A stretch of DNA of 64,000 nt from NCBI RefSeq assembly GCF_009914755.1, contig NC_060932.1. One strand, 5' to 3'. The translations under genes were made by a program, and so were the position numbers. Below the pieces are notes generated by a model that saw only the letters and a program-made list of their open reading frames with translations, ran no database searches and was not told where the DNA came from. This DNA comes from the human T2T-CHM13v2.0 reference genome, Homo sapiens. Positions 24,649 through 39,331 of this stretch are shown here, piece by piece (the stretch's first letter is position 1; each line of letters starts with the position of its first letter).

Positions 24649-25067
24649 TGCTATGGTTCAAATGTGTCCCCTCTAAAATTTAGGTGTTGAAACTTAAGGG
24701 CCAATGTGATAGTATTAAGAGGTGGAGGCTTTAAGACATCATTAGGCCAGGAGGGCTCCTCCCTTGTGAATGGAACTAAGGCCCTTATAAAGGAGGTAAA
24801 TGAAGCTTCACGCAGTGTTTCGACCTCTTGCTCTTCTGCCTTCCCCCAGGTAGGATACAGAGCATTCCTTCCCTCTGGAGGACACAGCAACACTGTGCCA
24901 ACTTGGAAGCAAACAGCAGCCTTCATCAGACAACACAACCTGCTAGTGCCTTGATCTTGGACTTCCCAGCCTTCAAAACTGTAAGAAAATACTTTCTGCG
25001 TTTTTTTTTTCTTCTAAATTACCTAGTCTCCAGTATTTTGTTATAGTAGCAAAAACTGACTAGGGCA
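24649..25067 (+). mobile_element. MST (MSTC/D-like) MaLR solo LTR
   Basis: TGCTATGGTTCAAATGTGTCCCC start; GCCTTGATCTTGGACTTCCCAGCCT; end GTATTTTGTTATAGTAGC...GACTAGGGCA. Confidence 0.88.
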
Positions 25068-25089
25068 CATGTGATTTACCTATTGTTCA

Positions 25090-25320
25090 CAGACAGTATA
25101 GTGTCATTTTAGAAGGGGAGATGAAATCAGACATTTAGGGTTTGAAACTTGACTTTTTTATTTATTAACTGTTGACTTTGACATGTTGTCTATCTAAACC
25201 CAAATGTGTATTTTATAAACATCAGACAAATAACAGTATTCCTCACAGGGATGTTGTATTAATTTAATGAGACACTATGTAAGTGAATTACTATTGGACC
25301 TGGTATATTTTTAATAGTTA
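25090..25320 (+). mobile_element. MIR fragment
   Basis: AAATCAGACATTTAGGGTTTGAAA...CCTCACAGGGATGTTGTA...TTAATGAGA. Confidence 0.55.
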
Positions 25321-26496
25321 TTCCCTTTACTTGTGGGTTATTGAAAATTAATATTTTAAAAAGTAGATTGTCTAATCAACACATTTAAAAAATATCAACT
25401 TCTCTTATTTTTATTTCTTCTTTTTCATTTCCAATGACACTATGACAGTTCAAGATCACTTTATCTCCAGCTTAGAGATTGCCACCTAACCACTGTTTAT
25501 ATTGTTATTTTATTATTTTAGTATTATGCTTGCTCAAAAGCCCAAAGTGTCACCTTAGCCTCTGGGTATAGATTTGTGTCCTCCATTTTGAATATTTACT
25601 ATGCTTTCTAAATAATCCACTGTGATCATCATATTCTTGTTTAGGGGAAATATTATAAAACACACTCTTCCAGTGTGCCCCAACCCCCTCCTTTAGAATG
25701 AATTTCTAGATTTGCTAAGTGTCTCCTCCAATCCTGTTTGTTTTTAGCTGTTTGTTGGTGTTGGTATTTGTTTTTTGTTTTGGTTTGTTTGTATTTGCTT
25801 TTTTTTTCATCATCACTCAACTTATACTTCCACTAAACTGTACTGCCAGCAGTTTTTTGTTTGTTTTTCAGAACAGCTCCACGTTTTGCCATCAAAATTT
25901 CTTGATCCATGCATTCTAGCTGCTTGAGATAATCTTCACTGCCATTTCCTTTTAATGCTCTTACCGTATTCCAAAGAATTACCTGTCCAAAGAAGGCCAT
26001 GATTAATATCCTAGTCAGAAATAACATTGTTTTCTACTTTATATTTAGAAAATGCTCTATTAGTATTTCTTATAAAATGTATCATATTCTGATTCTAATT
26101 TTAGTTAACTGTGTATACATTTTTACCTCTTCTTTAAAAGTTTATGATCAATCTTATTTATCTTCATGTTCATTTCTTCATCTTACATAATCCTTCCAAC
26201 AGTGGATATGAAGTATGTGGTTAGTAAAATGCTTGATTGTTGAATTGAACAGAATTTACCTCTTTACTTAAATAACAAAAACTCCAAAACTAAATTAATA
26301 TGCTTGTGAAGATCACAATTACTAAAATTTATAGAATTTGTCTTTAAAAACTGAAAGTAATCTTTAGCATAATTTTCTTTTTTTTGACAAAGTAGAGGAT
26401 TATTTGTTAAGAAATACTTATTGGAATTTCTTATGAGAGACCGAATGAAAAAATAATATTCTCTTTGTTGACATTCAAACCTACGATTTAAGAATA

Positions 26497-26592
26497 TTTA
26501 AATTTAAATTTAAAGTGACTGTTTAAATTTTAAATTTAAATTTAAAATGACTGTTTAAATTTAAATTTAAAATGACATTTGAAATTTAAAAT
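26497..26592. repeat. Tandem array of TTTAAA units punctuated by TGACTG
   Basis: Direct reading. Confidence 0.9.
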
Positions 26593-28093
26593 CCACAGCC
26601 AGAACTTTGCAATGATCTCATGGTAATTCACTCCCTCCTCTTGAGTTACCTGAAATTAGAGGTTAAATAAATGTTTTCTACTCCAAAGATTTAAGATACT
26701 GCTTACCAGAGAAATGTAATGGCCATAGTGCTGAGCATTTTGGCATGAAATTAAGAAAATATTTTAAAATAGATGTATCGATTAAAAATAGAGAAAATCT
26801 GATGAATGATTTATCACTAAAAAAGCTTTTCAAACAAAATTGAAGGACTCCAAGAGCTGCAAGAGAAGCAAATATACATTTTAGACATCTTTTCTGGATA
26901 AAACCAAAAATCCCCTTTCAAATTACCAGTATTACACATTTCAAAACAAATTCAATAGGAAGGAAGGTAGATACATGTGTTTTTATTATTTTGAATATCT
27001 AAAGATATTATTTATTATATATTTAAATTTGTATGAGGAAAAAATCTTAAAGACACAGTTTCGAGACAACTTGGAGTTTGGTATGACAAATATTTGTAAG
27101 ACATTAAGAATTAAATATTTTCAATAAAATAAAAGGAATACATAGAGAATGGAAATATTAAATTGTTTCAATGAAATTAAAAACCATATTTAAACTTCAT
27201 TTTGCTATTAATTTTTAAATCTATGTTACATCAGTAAGAAAAAATTAACTTCAACTTCTAATTAAAGAGGAGGAGGTTCTCTTTAATATACCTAAGCAAA
27301 GCATGTGGTTTATGCTGTGTTTTTTAATACTTTATACTGAGCTGTTTTTCCCCAAGCATAAAAGAAAAAACAAACAAAACATAAGTTGATGGCCTGCTTT
27401 ATATGTGTGTTTTACAATGTTGTTTGCTGTAAGCTTGTATTTTATTTTCATTTTAATTGGCCTCCCTGTATTCCTGCATATTATCAGGAAAGAAACTCTA
27501 TAGTGGTAACAATTGACAGACCTAGGAATTTGACCTCTAATTCAACTTGTACGGAAACATTTTTATAGATTGCTGTTAATAATATAACTTTTACCATCCT
27601 GAATATGATTTATCACCTTTGTTCTTTGCCAATAGTTGTTCAAATTTCATAATTTATGTACCTTCAGTTGTCAGGGTTATAAAAGAAAGTTTTTAATATA
27701 CTTTTGTATTAAATATAATATTAAATATTGTATTTTGTTTCTCTTAAGTGCACTGGTGTTCCTTTAGATATGCAAATGCTTTTTTAAAAGCATGATAAAA
27801 AAATTTTCATTTGTTTTCCAAAATTTTCTCTACTGATAATACAGGAAATATGTATCAGGGAAATATGTATTCATACTTATGAAAAGACACACATATATAA
27901 TACATTTATACAATACATGTAATATATTTATGAATAAATATAAATACATATTTCCCTTATACATATCCTTATTCTAAGTATTACCCAAATACATATTTTT
28001 ATTTTAACTATCCACATATCACTAGCCTCAAAGAACATATATAATTGCTCCACAAAAAAATGCAGGATGAAAAATTAAAAATAAAAATATGAT

Positions 28094-28404
<311 letters not shown>

Positions 28405-28494
28405 AAAAATAAAAATATGTTAATTTGACAAAATGGATAGGATCATAGTGGCCTATGATGGAGTAAAAATGGACGCACTTAATAAATCCAGTGA

Positions 28495-28601
28495 GGCTGG
28501 TCTGAAGGTAGTGAGTTATCTCAATTGATTGTTCACAGTCAGCTACAGATCAAAATCCTTCTACTCTTTTCCCCTTCTCACTACGGTACTTGAATAGCCT
28601 T
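28495..28601 (+). pseudogene. RNY1: Y1 RNA (hY1) retropseudogene
   Basis: GGCTGGTCTGAAGGTAGTGAGTTATCTCAATTGATTGTTCACAGTCAG...CCCCTTCTCACTAC; short A-rich tail; TSD AATAAATCCAGTGA (28481-28494) / AATAAATCCAATGA (28615-28628). Confidence 0.96.
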
Positions 28602-28729
28602 ACATAAATAAATGAATAAATCCAATGAGACTACAAATAAGGAACCACCCAGAGTATTCAGTAACTTGATATATAAATGGTAAAATCATAACATTTAATT
28701 ATATTTAAATTATAAAATTTGGTTTGCAA

Positions 28730-28897
28730 TAGAGTATAGAGTATGTAGATATATAGAATATACTTATATGCATATATATAGTGTGTGTATATATATAATG
28801 TTCTCCTATATAGGTTTGTATATATTATATGTGTGTCTATATATCTATACACACATATATATACATATATATATACATATATGTGTATATATATAAA
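28730..28897. repeat. (TA)/(TATG)-rich low complexity
   Basis: Direct reading. Confidence 0.85.
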
Positions 28898-29469
28898 ATG
28901 TTCACATACGAAATGGAGAACGGACCATAGCTATTCAATCCAGTAGGAACACTTGGAACACATACATATTTTAAATTCAATATTTTTGAGAAAAAAATAT
29001 ATTTTTCTACAGGCAATTGGAATCACTGTCAGCAAAAATCAACTGGTGTAGCTCAGTCTAATATTAGTTACATGATGCAGATTTCAATGTGCATAGAAAC
29101 AACATCCACTTTAACTGGAAGTTAAGGTTACCTGCTGGGAACCAAATCAGTGGTTGTGGGAGAGACTTGCTGTAAAAGAATACTATATCGAAAAGCCAAG
29201 GGTGCTATCATAAACAAATCATATTTCTTGATGGTAAATGGAGACAACTGCAAAGAGCCTCAGGCATTTAACTTAAGGAAAATAATAAGTAATGGATTAA
29301 TAATAATGTTTTGTACCCTAAAAATTGCCATCTGTAAGTAGGGGGCTGAGGGACTTCCATATGTTAATCTTTTAACAAGGCAATAAAGACTAAAGGTTCA
29401 CTATTAGCATGCTTGTCTTTCCCAACTGTGCTTAATAGAATACCAGAATTAATGACCTGGTGAAAAAAA

Positions 29470-29717
29470 AAAGTTACTTTTTCAAATAAATTTAGAAAAC
29501 CATTGCATGATATACTCCTACTCAGATATTCATAGTACACATTAGCATATTAACATTCAGATGAGTTTGCAGTAGAGAAACACACTGTGTCTAATACAGA
29601 GGTCTCCTAACATTTTGGTCAATGGGTCCTCCCCTCACATAACCCACCTTTTAGAGTAGGTGAAATAATGCCCCTTTAAATACACCAGGGAAATACTTTA
29701 AATACACCAGGGAAATA
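29470..29717. mobile_element. hAT-Charlie-type MER remnant
   Basis: CAAATAAATTTAGAAAAC...CACATTAGCATATTAA...GCAGTAGAGAAAC; apparently the same family as 45720-45970. Confidence 0.5.
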
Positions 29718-31860
29718 CAGGGATGAATTATTCATATTTTACCAACTCTGAAGAAAGACCATTTAAAATGGAGTTATATTTTTTAGCATGGAGTCTCAAA
29801 AATAGGTGATTAAGGAGTTATAAGCTCCTGTCTCCACAGATGTTTAGGAAGTCTATGTAAAGATTCAGTTGCGTCCTAATGTGACTTCCTAGCTAGTTTT
29901 AAATACTGAACATGGCTAGAAATGTGATCTGCTTTACGGGTGTCACTTCCTATTTTCAGTAAAAAATGAGCCAGGGAGGTAATCCTGAATACACCTCTGT
30001 TTTTGCAAATATTTGTCTGTTACTATAATTTATTTCCTAAAAGGAGAATCACCTCTTGACTTGAACAAAATCACATTTCTAGACCCTTAAGTTAAGGATA
30101 AGACTATGGGGTAGGGTACCCTACCAAAGCACTCCTTAGGGTAAAGCCTTTTATAGGAATTTCTTCTAGACTCATAAGACAACATCTTTAATTTCCACCC
30201 TAACTATGGCACTAAATATATTAATAATAGCTCAGTTCATACAGCACTTCAGCAGATATTGAGCCTATGACACATCACAACAATCCTGTAAAACTGACAT
30301 ATTTTTTTCCTCATTTTATGTAACACAGAAAATAAATTAGGTTGTTAGTTTTGTGCACCTAGTTAGCTACTCATCCAGAACACAAGTCCAGTCCTCTCAC
30401 TCTTAGTCGGGGCAGGTACTACAGGTATAGAACATGTTACATTTATTGTATTATGTAATCCCAATATAGCTTCCCTAATAGTCTTCATTATTAGTTTAAC
30501 TATTTCTGAGTTAATTTGTATATCTTCTTAATTTATTTGTGCTTTTTTGTTTGTTTCCCTGATTCATTTCCCAGCACAAATTTCTTATTTGCCTCAAATT
30601 TGCATTGTGGTATTCTGAAAAGAGAGTTCTGATATGACAAAACTCTAGTTTGGAGTGCTTATAAAGTCCTCCATGAAAACGAAGCCATCTGAACAAACTA
30701 TGGTTATTTGTACACCCATAGACTGTTTTAAAGGAATCTAAATCTATGTTTTCTGGAAATAAAAAGTTCACTTTTTTACTTCTTCATATATACTTTTTTG
30801 TAATACATTCATTGTACAGAAGTAACTTGTGTGTGCCTGTGTGTATTTCCGACTGTGTATTTAGAAGAGTTAAGTGGAAGAACAGGTGTAGGTAAGATTA
30901 AACTGCTGATCTTAAAAGTACAGATATCCTTCTGAGCTGGGACTGAGGAACTATTAGGTAAATGTCAACAGAGAAAGGACAGAAAGCACATGAAGACACA
31001 GATGAGCAAGTTGACTCTCCTTGGGATTAGGCAGCAATATGATTGATAACAGTTTTCTGACGCTGGGTTGCTTTATGGTTCACGAAGCTCCTAATCTCCA
31101 TGGTGATTTAGGATGTGCTTTATTGAGTTTATAAAACTGTAACATTTAGCCTCTTAGACTAAAGAAGTCCCTTGGAGTTTTAGTGTCTGAAGATCCTTCC
31201 AAACATCAAGGAGAACCTTTCATGCAGAAATGCAATGGGTCATCTCTCAACTGAATTTTAAAAGACCCTATAAGCTTCTTTGAAGGGTGCTGTAGATTTC
31301 TATCTATCTCACCCTTGAATTCCAAGGATGAATTTTTTTCCCTAAAACATGAAGTCTTGCATCTCTTCTTGAATCTGGTTAATTTCATTACAGATGCTGG
31401 TAATCACCCATTTGGAAAATATGTAATATTAGCTTCTTTTTAACATCTTATCCGTTATACCTTATTATACTTCCACATGGCATACTTTCTAAGTTTTATT
31501 TGTTTATCAGCTGTCACAGACAGACATACCTTTAGCTAAATCAAGCTCCTGCCACAGGGGCATGGCATATATTATTGTCTCTCTCCAATCCTTTTCCTCC
31601 TTGATAATTATCTCTGTCTCATCCTTTGTATAGAAATTCAGACAAATCTTGCTGAAGATATCTTCCATACAAGCTCAGAACTTTCGAGTTACAGCGCCAT
31701 ACACATTTCCTTCAACAGTCTTCCCAGAGCTTGTGCCAGTCTCTATTTGTTTGTGTGTCAGCTTGTCATTATACCTGCATCAGGTTATAAGCTTATTGCA
31801 GGCAGGTATACAACATCTCTTTACTCAATGTTAATTCCAAAATTTATTTTTACAACCGTA

Positions 31861-32607
31861 TTTTTTAAAAAAAACTTTTAGGTTCAGGGGTACATCTGCA
31901 GGTTTGTTATATAAACTCATGTCATAGGGGTTTGTTATACAGATTATCTCCTCAACAGGACTAATCCTAGTTCCCAGTAGTTATTTATTCTGATCTGCTC
32001 CCTCCTCCCACCTTCCATCCTCTAGTAGACCCCAGTGTATATTGTTTCCCCCATGTGTCCATGTGTTCCCATCATTTAGCTCCCTCTTATAAGTGATAAC
32101 ATATAGTATTTGGTTTTCTGCTTCTGTGTTAACTTGCTAAGGATAATGGCCTCTAGTTCCATCCATGTTCCTGCAAAGGACATGATATCATTCTTATTTT
32201 TTCTTGGCTACATAGTATTCCATAGTGTATAGGTGCCACATTTTTTATTCAGTCTACAAATGATGGGCATTCAGCCTGCTATTGATGGGCATTTATGTTG
32301 ATTCTATGTCTTTGATATTATGAATAGTGCTGCAGTGAACATACATGTGCATGTGTCTTTATGATAGAATGATTATATTCCTTTGGGTATATACCCAGTA
32401 ATGGGATTTCTAGATCTAATGACAGTCCTGTTTTTAGCTCTTTGAGAAACTGCCTCACTGCTTTCCACAATGACTGAAATAATTTACACTCCCATCAACA
32501 GTGTATAAGCATTCTCTTTTCTTTGCAACTTCGCCAGTATCTGTTATGTTATGACTTTTTAATCATAGCCATTCTGGCTGGTGTGAGATGATATCTCACG
32601 GTGGTTT
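31861..32607 (-). mobile_element. L1PA16/L1PB-like 3' end
   Basis: AACTTTTAGGTTCAGGGGTACATCTGCAGG...GGGTATATACCCAGTAATGGGATT; partial TSD TTTACAACC. Confidence 0.92.
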
Positions 32608-32929
32608 ACAACCAGAGTTTTAAAACCCAGATTTATCTTTTGAATTTGAGACAAAGGGATTCAGCTGCTTACTGCCTACTGTTTTCTGGATTTCACAGGT
32701 ATCCCAAACCAAATGTGTCTCAAACAAAGTAATCATCTCTCAACTGGAACTGTTTCTTCTGTTGTGCTCCTTACCTCAAAGAATTACTGTCATCTCTATT
32801 TAATGGAAATCTGTATCTCATCCTGGACTCTTCATTTCTAATCCTCATAATGGACCAGTCACCACATCCCACACACTTGTTTTCAATTGTTCTACTTGCC
32901 TTTACTCTGGCACTGTTCCAGGTGTACAG

Positions 32930-34510
32930 AGGGAAGTGCTGTCCATATGGCCATTAAAGGAAGGACCTATTTTCCCAATTACTGGGAGGACTGTGAGTGA
33001 GTATTCTCTGTCTGTAAGCCCTTTCAAGTATCTCCATAGTTCCCTAAAATTTCTACACCTTTAGAAGTAGGCCACCCCTCCCAATATATGGCTGGAACTC
33101 CCCAGCTGATTGATGGAAGACATGCAGAAGCCTTCCACAAAAAAGTCTGCAATTGTCCCCTTCCTTGTCTATCTTTATTCACCTGTTCTCCTGGCCACTG
33201 TCTACAAAACTAGGGCTTAGTTGCAACACAAAGCTGTGTATGAGTTGGCCCTGATAAGGTGGAAGAGACTATTATCTATTTAGAAGGAGTGACAAGCCCA
33301 ATCAGCAGGTATCAGCAAGAGGAGGGAGAGAAGGGGTGAGATTATTTTCTGAGGGTGCTTGATCAGGTGGTCAGAACATAAGATTAGATTTTGAGTACTC
33401 TCCTGGGATAAAGAATTTTACTATTGGAAAGGACTACAGGAGACGATTCTAACTTGTTACTAGAATGACTCCCGGAAGTATGGGAAAAGTGATGACCCAG
33501 TTAAGTCAGGTTAAAATACCAGAATTGCTATGGCAGATGGTGAAAAAGAGAATGAAAGTCTCAGGAAAGTAGATATAGTGGAATGAACATACTGGGTAGG
33601 GTCGGAAAACCTACCAAATGAGTATGATCTATGGAAAAGCACAGAGGACATGCCAATTATCAAGGCCATTAAAAATTGTGGGTGAGAATGATACAAGAAT
33701 CACCAAGAAGTCCAGTGGTACCTCCCCTGCATGGGTCAGAGCTGATAATAGAAAAGATGGTTATAAAACAGGGCCCACTTTTAGCAATGGAGATGGCAGA
33801 GCATTGACACAACAGATATAAATAGCCAGAAGCCGGATGAACACAATTATGGCAATGAGGGGCCAGGTCAGAGGGACAACCAGGGTGTAACACATAGAAG
33901 GTTATAAGGAGATGCTTAATAACTCTTGCTGTCCATGGAGGCTAAGAAAATGTTTCTTCAACAAAGGTCCTGTTCAATTGGTAGCAGGCAAGATATCAAG
34001 GATGGATGCACAGGAGACTTAAGGCAGTTACTGCAATAAAGAAGTCAAGATTCCTTGCCCAAGTTTGATCAGTTTTTGGACCCAGAAGCTATTGACCTTC
34101 TTAGCAAATTTTGACAGTAAATGGAAAAGTGCAGTCGTCTTAGCCTGAGAAAGGCTCAGACTCCTAAGAAAGGAGGAGCTGGGTCATGCCACAAGATGGG
34201 CCTTCCGGTCTCATTTCAATGAAGGATTTGCCCCAACTATTAGGAGCACCAACAATAGAAAACTTAGTTGGCATCCTTGTCAGCAGAATAAAGCCATCTT
34301 TCCAAGGGTAGACACCCACGTGGGTAGCTTATGTAACTGACCAAAAATGTGAGAATGTATAGACCCAGCTGTCCCATCTCACCTTTGGACAATTCTCAAG
34401 AGCCATTCTAGCTCCCAATATCCTGCGTGGGGGCAGGTGGTGCTTATTCGAGGTTGCAATTGCTCTGTCACAGCTTGATTTCTCTCTCTGCTCCATCCTG
34501 CTCCCTGATG
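32930..34510 (+). mobile_element. Internally deleted ERVL provirus remnant (LTR16 + HERV16/ERV3-16A3-like gag + LTR16)
   Basis: Degenerate ERVL gag codons (YQQEEGE; LRVLDQ.GQNIRLD) at ~33310-33390; LTR16-like sequence at ~32930-33120 and ~34200-34510. Confidence 0.65.
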
Positions 34511-36705
34511 GAATGTTATTCTCTTGTTTATTGAGGAATATTTTGTATTGAAATGCAATAAAATGCCTAATACTTTTTAAAAATTAAATTGAAACTCATT
34601 AAAATATGCATCTACTTTGTTCCTCATACATTATTTAGTGTTTATTTTTGAAAACTTTCTTATGAAATAGAGTGAACAAACTGGCTTTTTTTGCCTTTAC
34701 AATAAGTTTTACAGGGGTTTTAAATTGCCAATTTGAAAATTCAAGTATTGATGCTACAAATGTGTATGTAAGTGCCCTATGACAAGAGTGCTCATGTTTT
34801 AAGGAGCAGGTAAGAAAAGGATGTCTGTCATTTAAGCCACATTTCTGCACAGTCATTGGTCCTCCTGGCTTCAGCCTGGACAAGTGCACAGACATTGTTA
34901 AGGCAAAGGTAAGGCTGATGCTCAAAAATGAAATTGAACTTTAATCTATGTTAGAGAAATTAGTACATTAATATTTCTGCCAAGTGGGAAGAAAATTAGT
35001 AAAAAAGGATATTCATGTTGACAACTATAACATATTATGTTTTTTTTCTCCAGAGTGTTCTATTAAAGAAAAATCAGTGCTACGAAAGCACTTTACTTCT
35101 ACTGCAAACTTTCTTCTACAGTAATTCAATTATCATAGACTTCCTTAAAGTATTTGTAAACAACAGTAATTGTGTGTAATCGCTCAAGGCCAGACAAATA
35201 ATGCAGATCTAATTTGGTTTACACCTGCCTAAAAGCCAGAGAAAGAACACCTCTTCTCTATGTGAATGTTAAACCAAGTTCTGAAAACAATTGCTGAGAA
35301 TGGCTGTTCTCTAAATGTTTAAATACAGAAACATTGACAAAACTCTTAGGACACAAATTATGATGTTTAATGGGATATTAGGATAAGTTATTGCAGGTAA
35401 TGACCTCACCATCCATGCTCTTCCAAGCTTTCAGTACAAAATTCAGAATCATCGTCAATGTTTTCTTTTTATTCCACACGACGAATCAGTTGCCATATCC
35501 TATGAATATGTTTGATAATAGGCTTGCATGGTTTATTTGTGTGCAGCCATGTTAGGAGGTTGGTACTTCAATAAAACCTAAGCATCTATTAGTGGAACAC
35601 TTGCTGAGTAAAGTATAGTGCATGAACACCACACAGTATCATGCAGCTACCTGAAGCAAAGGAATAGATCTAGCCAAAAGGATGGAACTTAAAAAGACGA
35701 GTACATAGCACATAAGAAAGTGAGAACTAAAATAATATATGTAAATTTAAAATATGTGCATAAAATTGACGAATATATTGGAAAAAACACATGGGAATGA
35801 AATAATTACTAAAAAGAATAGAATACTATAAAGAGAGAACAGATGCTAATAAGAGAAATGGAACGAAAATATAAAAAATGAAATGAAAGAATGAATTCAA
35901 CATTAATAGTAAAGCATAACAGAGGAACACTGAAGGAACAAATGATACAGACACTATTTCATCAGCTGACAAACAGAATGACGTCAATCTTCTACACGTG
36001 AAGTTAAAAATAAAGCAAAATCTGCTGAAGATATGGTCAATTACATTTCCCTTTTATCTTCACTGCTGTTGTTTCAATTCTGTTTTTTTCTTTCATCTCC
36101 AGTCTATGATATAATATCATTTTTCTAAAGGTTCTTATTGTCATTAATGTATCCAGTTAAGATTTCTTCCCATGTTGCTAACACTCTTATACTTTCAAAA
36201 AGCCAATTTTGTCAGTATCCAAGGAAAATATGACCAAAAATGCTTTTCATACTCTAAACCATACTCTGGTTAGTTATGATCCAATTACAGCAACAGTTTT
36301 ATTGTTTTACAAGCATTCCCTTAATGTGTCCTGTTCCATCTTCTTTGCTTCTATAACAGCCTATTTTTCTTTTATTCACGTATTTATTGCAACACATTAC
36401 AGTTCACTGGTTTGCTGAATACTCTATCCCTGTGGTCTTATTTTAATAAGGGAAGAGATAATGTCTTCCTTGTCTTTTTATCTCCAGAATTTATCGAAAT
36501 GACCTTTATGTACAAGCACAAGTACTTGTAAGTACTTGACAAACGTTCACTGAGGTTGAAAAAATGAGTTTATAGAATGTTCAAAAGTAACTAGAGAGCC
36601 TATGACACAGTAGCTTATAGCAGACTAATGCATCCACTGATAATAGCTAGAAAATCTCTGATAAATAATAAAGTGCAAAACCAATTCTTTTTGGAGGTAA
36701 CATGC

Positions 36706-37430
36706 TTTTTTATTGTGGTAAAATATACTTAAAATAAAATTAACCATTTAAATAATTTTTAAGGGTATGGTTCAGTGGCATTAAGTACATTCACAATGCT
36801 GAGTAACCATCATCACTCTCCATCTTAAGAAATTTTTATTAACCCCAGCTAAGACATTATACCCATTAAACAACAACTCCTGAATCCCCTCTCCCCCAGC
36901 CCCTGGTAACTGCTATTCTACCTTCTATTTCTCTGAACTGCTCGAGGAGCCTCAAGTAAGTGTAATCATACAACAATTGTCCTTTTGTATATGACTTATT
37001 TAACTGTGTCTTCAAGAGTCATCTATGTTGTAGCATGTGTCAAAATTTCCTTCCTTTTTGCTGCTAAATAATATTATGCTATCTGTATATACCATATTTT
37101 ATGTATTTGTTTATCTGTCAATGAGCACTTGGGTTGCAACCTTCATTTGAATATTGTGAATAACTTTGCTATGAACAGGGTGTACAAATATCTGAGACTC
37201 TGCTTTCAATTCTTTTGAGTATATATCCGAAAGCAGATTTGCTGCATCATGTGGTAATTTTACATTCAATATTTTGCGTAATTGTGTACTGTATTTTCAC
37301 AATGCTTGTACCATTTTACATCTCTCTCAGCAATGCACAAGACTTCCAATTCCTCCACATCATCACTAACACTTGTTACCTTTTGTTTGTTTTTTTAATA
37401 ATAGCCATCCTAATGGGTGTGAAGTGGGGT
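36706..37430 (-). mobile_element. L1MB 3' end
   Basis: TTTTATTGTGGTAAAATATAC...TTCAGTGGCATTAAGTACATTCACAATG...TAGCCATCCTAATGGGTGTGAAGTGG. Confidence 0.9.
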
Positions 37431-37534
37431 AACATCATTTTGAGCTAGCTAGGTTTGAAGTGACAAGACGCTGAAAATCAGAGATGTTTATCTTTCAAGC
37501 CCTTGTTCATTTTTTTCTCAAACTGCTTGCCAAC

Positions 37535-37885
37535 TGGTATGGTTTGGCTGTGTCCCCTCCCAAATCTCAACTTGAATTGTATCTCCCAGAATTCCCATGT
37601 GTTATAGGAGGGACCCAAGAGGAAGTAATTGAATCATGGGGGCCAGTCATTCCTGTGCTATTCTTGTTTGAATAAGTCTCATGAGATCTGATGGGTTTAA
37701 TCGGGGGTTTTCACTTTTGCATCTTCCTCATTTTTCTCTTGCCACCACCATGTAAGAAGTGCCCTTCAGCTCCCGCCATGATTCTGAAGCCTCCCAACTA
37801 TGTGGAACTAGAAGTCCAATTAAACCTCTTTTTCTTCCCAGCTTCAGGTCTGGCTTTATCAGCAGTGTGAAAACAGAATAATACA
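37535..37885 (+). mobile_element. THE1A-like 5' LTR
   Basis: TGGTATGGTTTGGCTGTGTCCCC...CAACTTGAATTGTATCTCCCAGAATTCCC...AACAGAATAATACA. Confidence 0.92.

Positions 37886-39331
<1,446 letters not shown>

Noticed and set aside
30110-30125. Perfect 16-bp palindrome GGTAGGGTACCCTACC
   Set aside because: One or two such palindromes are expected by chance in 64 kb.
37770-37810. PRDM9 hotspot motif in the THE1A LTR
   Set aside because: The site reads CCTCCCAACTAT, not CCTCCCTAGCCAC; the motif is degraded.
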